From Macrostomum lignano (Eukaryota), in NCBI GenBank assembly GCA_002269645.1, contig NIVC01001868.1, positions 163,784-227,783 of the forward strand: 64,000 bases of DNA. The letters run 5' to 3'. Each line of letters starts with the position of its first letter. The stretch's first letter is position 1. Positions 57,195-64,000 of the stretch are shown piece by piece. The notes under the pieces were generated by a model. That model saw only the letters and a list, made by a program, of their open reading frames with translations, did not search any database and had not been told where the DNA came from. The translations under genes and the position numbers were made by a program.

Positions 57195-60100
57195 ATGTCG
57201 GCAGCGAAGCCTCCGCCGGAGCCGCAGCCGTCGCAAAAGCAACAGCAGAAGAAAGAAAGGCAACGTAAGCAGCAGCAAGAGGACAAGGAAGCGATCGAGC
57301 GACTTAAAATCGAAATGAAGCGGCTGCAAGATCGCACAACAATCAGCTATAAGAACCCGTGCAAAGTGTCGGCTAATTATAAAAAAACCTGCACAATTGA
57401 CGAGCTTAACGCTGTCAAATACCACTTTGAAGAGTTTGTAAGCTATTTGTAATGCTTATGATGCTTTTTACATTATGTATTTTACTACAAAACTATGCTA
57501 CTTGAAGATATCTGCCAAGCTCAATATGCCATAGATATCTGCCCATAATGCCATATGTATCTGCTCCACAATGCCATAGATATCTGCCCATAATGCCATA
57601 GGTATCTGCCCCACAATGCCATAGATATCTGCCCACAATGTCTTAGATATCTGGCCACAATGTCATAGATATCTGCCCACAATGTCATAGATATCTGCCC
57701 ACAATGCCATAGATATCTGCCCACAATGTCATAAATATCTGCCCCACAATGCCATAGATATCTGCCCCACAATGCCATAGAAATCTGCTCACAATGCCAT
57801 AGATATCTGGCCACAATGTCATAGATATCTGCCCACAATGCCATAGATATCTGCCCACAATGTCATAAATATCTGCCCACCATGCCATAGATATCTGCAC
57901 ACTATGCCATAGATATCTGCACACTATGCCATAGATATCTGCCCACTATGCCATAGAAATATGTCCATAATGCATAGATACCTACCCACTATTCGCTAAA
58001 AATCCTCTCATTAAACAATAAAACAAAGCAATGAAAGCAATTTGTTGACTTTAATAAAGAATATCCTGCGTTTCTGCAAGGCTATACTGTCTAGGCCTAA
58101 TTTTCTTAGAAACTTTCTTAGAAATCGCATTTCTTAGAAATCAACCGCAACGCGTGTGACCTACGAGCGTAGTTAGATTTTACTAACGCCTACGATGTTC
58201 AGGTTAATTTTAAACCAGCAAATGTACTCTGTGAACGAGCTTTAGTAATTTACGCTAACATAACCAACTAAACCCTTCTTACCCTGATCTTTCTATTTTG
58301 ACAGCTGCCTCGATTCTTCGTGAGCATGATGGACTACAGCCTGTTCACGCCTGATGTTGTCTATATTAACGAAATGCAGACTCCGCACAAGACTTCAAAG
58401 TAACTTTTTATATTGAAATTTGCTGTATGTCAGTTTGAATCTGAACCACATTTCTCTTTCCTGAATCCTGACCTTGCTTGTTTTATCCAACTAATTCCAG
58501 TCTGTCTCATCCGACACATTTGTCTCCTGACATCTCCCTGTATTCTCTGACATCTCCCTGTATTCTCTGACATCTCCCTGTATTCTCTGACATCTCCCTG
58601 TATTCTCTGACATCTCCCTGTATTCTCTGACATCTCCCTGTATTCTCTGACATCTCCCTGTATTCTCTGACATCTCCCTGTATTCTCTGACATCTCCCTG
58701 TATTCTCTGACATCTCCCTGTATTCTCTGACATCTCCCTGTATTCTCTGACATCTCCCTGTATTCTCTGACATCTCCCTGTATTCTCTGACATCTCCCTG
58801 TATTCTCTGACATCTCCCTGTATTCTCTGACATCTCCCTGTATTCTCTGACATCTCCCTGTATTCTCTGACATCTCCCTGTATTCTCTGACATCTCCCTG
58901 TATTCTCTGACATCTCCCTGTATTCTCTGACATCTCCCTGTATTCTCTGACATCTCCCTGTATTCTCTGACATCTCCCTGTATTCTCTGACATCTCCCTG
59001 TATTCTCTGACATCTCCCTGTATTCTCTGACATCTCCCTGTATTCTCTGACATCTCCCTGTATTCTCTGACATCTCCCTGTATTCTCTGACATCTCCCTG
59101 TATTCTCTGACATCTCCCTGTATTCTCTGACATCTCCCTGTATTCTCTGACATCTCCCTGTATTCTCTGACGGCTCTCTGTATTCTCTGACATCTCCCTG
59201 TATTCTCTGACATCTCCCTGTATTCTCTGACATCTCCCTGTGTTCTCTGACATCTCCCTGTATTCTCTGACATCTCCCTGTATTCTCTGACATCTCCCTG
59301 TATTCTCTGACATCTCCCTGTATTCTCTGACATCTCCCTGTATTCTCTGACATCTCCCTGTATTCTCTGACATCTCTTTGTATTCTCTGACATCTCCCTG
59401 TATTCTCTGACATCTCCCTGTATTCTCTGACATCTCCCTGTATTCTCTGACGTCTTCCCCTGTATTCTCTGACATCTCTTTGTATTCTCTGACATCTCCC
59501 TGTGTTCTCTGACATCTCTTTGTATTCTCTGACATCTCCCTGTATTCTCTGACATCTCCCTGTATTCTCTGACGGCTCTCTGTATTCTCTGACACATTCG
59601 TATCTTATAAAACACCTCTCTGTACCACCCGACAGCTGCCATATCGCACCTGGCAACTCCCTGTCTCCCTGTATGAGCCAATGTTAGCGTACCACGTCAA
59701 AACTGTGCATAAACATGAATTTTACATTCTCACGCTGCCCATTCCCACAGAGGCGTTTACCGGCTCTCAGTAGACCGGGTGAAGCTCAAGCTATACTATG
59801 ACCTGCGCTACGCGATGAAGAAGCCGGTGATTCTGCGCATCGACACAGACAGGGAGAACTGCTGCATGGCCATCCGGCTGCGGGTTCGCTGCGTTGGCGG
59901 CTCCAAGCCCTTCACCGATCTGGCGCGGATGAACCAGCTTGGCACCGCCGCCTACATCGAGGAGAAGGGCGAGTAAGTGAGACTGACCGGCCGTCCTGGG
60001 CTGGACCGGGCTTCCAGATCACTTGGGTTGAGCCAGCGTCCCAGATCCCATAGGGCTGAGTCAGCCTCCCAGATCCCATAGGGCTAGTCAGCCTCCCAGA

Positions 60101-60988
60101 TCCCATAAGATGAGCCAGTCTCCCAGGTCCCATAGGGCTAGTCAGCCTCCCAGATCCCATAGGGCTAGTCAGCCTCCCAGATCCCATAGGGCTGAGTCAG
60201 CCTCCCAGATCCCATAGGGTTGAGCCAGCCTCCCAGATCCCATAGGGCTAGTCAGCCTCCCAGATCCCATAAGATGAGCCAGTCTCCCAGATCCCATAGG
60301 GCTAGTCAGCCTCCCAGATCCCATAGGGCTGAGTCAGCCTCCCAGATCCCATAGGGCTGAGTCAGCCTCCCAGATCCCATAGGGCTGAGTCAGCCTCCCA
60401 GATCCCATAGGGCTGAGTCAGCCTCCCAGATCCCATAGGGCTGAGTCAGCCTCCCAGATCCCATAGGGCTGAGTCAGCCTTCCAGATCCCATAGGGCTGA
60501 GTCAGCCTCCCAGATCCCATAGGGCTGAGTCAGACTCCCAGATCCCATAGGGCTGAGTCAGCCTTCCAGATCCCATAGGGCTGAGTCAGCCTCCCAGATC
60601 CCATAGGGTTGAGTCAGCCTCCCAGATCCCACAGGGCTGAGTCAGCCTCCCAGATCCCATCGCGTGTTCACCCATTTCACCCAATCGCATCATTGCAGAT
60701 GGCACGACTACCTGATTCACGCGCATGTCACAAGCGATGCACGAGTGTGGAAGTTGCGCGTGACAAATGTAAGCTATAATGGCTCAGTAACTGAATAAAT
60801 TCATTCATAAAAGTGTAATAATATATTAGATAATGATTCCAGTATTTCTTATTCGGTTCCAGCTAACGAGGACCGCAGTCCGGACGCAGCCGCTGGCCGA
60901 CTGTCGCTGTTGCAGCGGCTGCGGCAACTATTGCGGCGTCGGGCGCCTCTGCCCTCGGCTGTCTGACTCTGCTGGCTTAAATAATTAA
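57195..60988 (+). CDS. C6orf136/DUF2358-like conserved uncharacterised protein
   Basis: Exons 57195-57437, 58305-58399, 59751-59972, 60699-60768 and 60863-60988 (last exon less certain), GT-AG with consistent phases 0, 2, 2, 0. LPRFFVSMMDYSLFTPDVVYINEM...KGVYRL...VILRIDTDRENCCMAIRLRV...WHDYLIHAHVTSDARVWKLRV parallels the recalled C6orf136 pattern LPR.F..SHDYSLYS.DVEFINE...KG...LEVLQLTRHPENWTLQARWRL...TYDAYSTFYLNSSGLICRHRL. Confidence 0.72.
57525..57985. repeat. 21-22-bp minisatellite (DUF2358-like gene, intron 1)
   Basis: Unit GCCATAGATATCTGCCCACAAT. Confidence 0.92.
58525..59595. repeat. 20-bp highly homogeneous minisatellite (DUF2358-like gene, intron 2)
   Basis: Unit CATCTCCCTGTATTCTCTGA, about 53 copies. 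Confidence 0.97.
60045..60660. repeat. 28-bp minisatellite (DUF2358-like gene, intron 3)
   Basis: Unit GGGCTGAGTCAGCCTCCCAGATCCCATA. Confidence 0.95.
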
Positions 60989-62003
60989 TTATCTACCTAT
61001 GCCCAATGTCCAGTGTCTCAAATTCATAATTGTTCTAGCTTATATAGTATTTCTGCTTAGATTTAATTAGCATAAACTTTACTGTGCGAGGGCGACTGTT
61101 TCAGGGGACAAGTGTGATTTCTTGGAAATTGAAAACTGGCCCAGCCTCGCCTTTATCGGCTTTCCATCTCTGGCTGGCCCTTGGCTGTAGCGGCGGCGGC
61201 CGCCACTTTTACACTTATTTTTAGTTTTTAGTCCCGACACTCTGGCAGTTATGTGTAATAAGTAGGTCTGTATCTACTTGTGCTCGCAGAATATTGTATT
61301 TAGTTAGGAAAATTATGAATTATTATTAATATTGTTACTTGGATGCGTAGTTGTAGCAACTTTTGGTTTGTCATTGAATTATTCGTGCTGTAGTTTAAGC
61401 AAGCTGTTCAGTCTTCTCTCCTTATCTCACCATCATCTGTGCAGAAGGAAATACACAAGTTTAGTGTAAGTTCTGGCTGAGAATCAAATCAGATTTGTCC
61501 GAAGAGACTTGCCTTTGAGCTGTTGATAAATTACAAAACTAAGCCTAATTAAAGTGCTAGCTTTGCTTGCTTATTTTCATCACTATACTACACTCGTAAA
61601 AAGCCAGTTTTTTAAAAGCCAAGCAACGCTCTTTTGGCGAACTGGCTTTGAAAAAGATCTTAGAGACGAAGGTTGTCTATCTATCCAGTTGGCGCGCAAG
61701 GCATTATACTAAGTGCACAGAAATGCTATCATTTAAGCCAATCTGTCGACGAAATTGCGATGGAGGTTCGCTGCATCGCCCTCTCCCCCCAAAGGTATTT
61801 AACTGGACAGAATCAGAGGTCTTACTGTAATAATTATCAACTGAACTTCGAGTGTGTAATTAATAAAAAATGAGATTAAATGTCGTTAATCCTATGAGTA
61901 AGATCATTGTCGGTCGACTTGCTTGTTTGCAGCTGCTCTGCTTTTGCTATCTGCTGCGCAACTTTGCAAAAGGTAAATAATCGATTCACTTTGTTACTCT
62001 GAG

Positions 62004-62503
62004 TAAGGACAACTTAAGTAGAAGGACGCAACACTCAAAATCTATGGTAAATGTTTCGAAGTTATATCTGTCACTTGAAAAAAACGTTTAAAATAATGAC
62101 AAGACCAATTTAACATGAAAAATCGACTAATGCGTCGTTAGAGCAGCATGTGAGACACAAAATAGTGTGATTAGAGCTTTCTCTGACACTGTTAAGAGAC
62201 CCAATCACTGTTTAATGCTGAAAACCGTGAAATTTCCTATCTCCGTAGTGTATTTTTCCAATGAAACCTGCCTTTAAAACTAATTTCTGAACGAAAGGCT
62301 TTATGAATATCGATAGAGCAATAAGAAAGGCACAACATATCAAAAAATGAGCACTGGATCTGCCTCCTATCAAAAGCAATGTGCTGAAAAAATTAAAACA
62401 TCCTATCTCTGCAGTGTATTTTTCGGCGAAAAGATGCCTTCAAAACATTTACCATAGATTTCGAGTGTTGCGTCCTGTATATATATTACTTGAGTAGTCC
62501 TTG
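62004..62503. mobile_element. Related hAT-type MITE (500 bp)
   Basis: Termini TAAGGACAACTTAAGTA... / ...TACTTGAGTAGTCCTTG, 8-bp TSD ACTCTGAG (61996-62003, 62504-62511), and internal sequence shared with the 32004-32703 element. Confidence 0.85.
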
Positions 62504-64000
62504 ACTCTGAGACACTTTGAGAACCGGTCAAGGACCAGTAAAAGTAACGGTGATTTTTTTAAGGACAGGGGTCTGTGTGCAGCCTGATGCACTTTAGCGA
62601 CATTGTCACACAACCGGCGAAAGGAAATATGCCTAAATTTATTTCTCGTTAGGCATGTACACTTCGGTGTGCCTTGGGGGTTGGCCCTCAAGGGCTCTAG
62701 TTAATTGTGCGATCAGATCAAAGCCGACTTAGAATCGAGCCTGGGCCACTGGCTCCGCAGCGCCTAGACCATCCTCTAGTGTCCTTGGAACCGGTTTTCA
62801 CGCGCGTGAGCTTGTATAGAGAGCCCGCAACCCACAAAACCAATATTGCAAATCTGTCTTAAACCTATTCGGTATTTTAAAATAACCTAACACTGACTAG
62901 GAAATGACGTTCTGAAACGATTGTGTCTGCTTTGTCTGCTTTCACGTGTAACTCGCTGTTCAGATCGCTTCTTTTCATTACTTTGAACAGATTTACTATG
63001 TGTAGTGTAGGGGATTGCATTCATATTAAAACAGAGTTATCCTCTAAGGCTCTAAAGCCCACCCAAGCGGAAGATGTCTAGAAGGAAATGATCCTTTTAA
63101 TGTACGTGAAGGGCGAGACTCATTTATTGGCCTCTTACCCTCCCTCCCCTCCCAGCTGAACCCCTCCGACCGCGCCTTTCCACACAAAATCTCTGCCCCA
63201 ATTTTTATTGCCGCCTCGGTGTTCCAGCCTAACGCTGGCATGTACATTCTCAGTGGCGCTGGCTGGCTAATGTACATTACGGCTGCACCAATAGCCAGTT
63301 GTTTGCGTCTGCGAGTCACTCCAACTGGGCTTTCTTTTCATAAAATAGCTTAGGCATTCCTACTTACTACTGAGCTGATAGTGAGAGAAATTATTTCATT
63401 TCATCTTATTTAGAGAAACTTACCGTTGGCTCACAATCGTCGGGCAAGAGTAGTCTATCGAATACATTAAGCGTATGCGTAGTCATAGTCTCACTTTTCC
63501 TTGATTGCTCAAAAGGTAGCAATTTGAACTTGTTGACCCCCCAGGTGAATCGGTCAGATCACCGACAGTCTCGTTGCCGAGTCCTGGCAGTCCTCCAGCT
63601 ACGCCGACTCTGCGTCGTATTGCTACGCGAGCACGATGAGGCACATCGTCAGTGGGACTATATTCACACCGGTGAGAGCTCGGACTCCGGCTTCAGTGGC
63701 TGCTCATGCGGCTGAAGCATCCAGTTCGACTGCTCTCGTGACGCTCGATGCCAGATCGGAGGGTGAGAGGGGGACTGCAAGCTGCATCTGCGTCTTTGCT
63801 CGCATTTCAAAGGCCGGGACCGTGAGGCGGAGACTTGATATGACTTGATAATCCTGAAATGATGTCGTACTTAGATATAAACCATCACAAATTACTTACC
63901 TTACAAAAGATAATCTGCAATTAATATTTTCTAACTCTTAGTACAGTCTTAGCCAGGTATGGTCTAGAGTGTGTTTCCTTTCGGGTTTCTACACGGAGTC

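Noticed and set aside
58430-59681. Three ORFs of about 400 aa on the minus strand (EYREMSENTGRCQRIQGDV)
   Set aside because: The 20-bp array is stop-free on that strand in all frames; it is intronic in the DUF2358-like gene.

Overview
Eukaryotic, intron-rich animal DNA. The density of intronic minisatellites and the GC-rich exons resemble the flatworm Macrostomum, but that is an impression only. Four spliced genes were reconstructed by hand with consistent intron phases: (1) a Fez-family zinc-finger gene (fezf/earmuff-like, minus strand, 3' end off-window); (2) a Crk/CED-2-like SH2-SH3-SH3 adaptor (minus strand, 294 aa); (3) the nucleoporin Nup210/gp210 (plus strand, 13 exons, 2017 aa); (4) a C6orf136/DUF2358-like gene (plus strand). 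Crk and Nup210 are head-to-head across a nested transposon stack. The stack holds a DD37D/maT Tc1-mariner transposase and a Penelope-like (Neptune-type) retroelement that carries a minimal hammerhead ribozyme and is itself interrupted by a hAT-type MITE with an 8-bp TSD. Many introns hold their own minisatellite. The most unusual structure is Nup210 intron 8, built almost entirely from tandem 34-nt units that each run GTGAG...CTGACAG, giving eight consecutive AG|GT recursive-splice-like junctions. Nup210 intron 4 holds 17 copies of a potential in-frame 9-nt microexon. Most long ORFs in the supplied track are artefacts of tandem repeats. No database searches were run; family calls come from recognised motifs.
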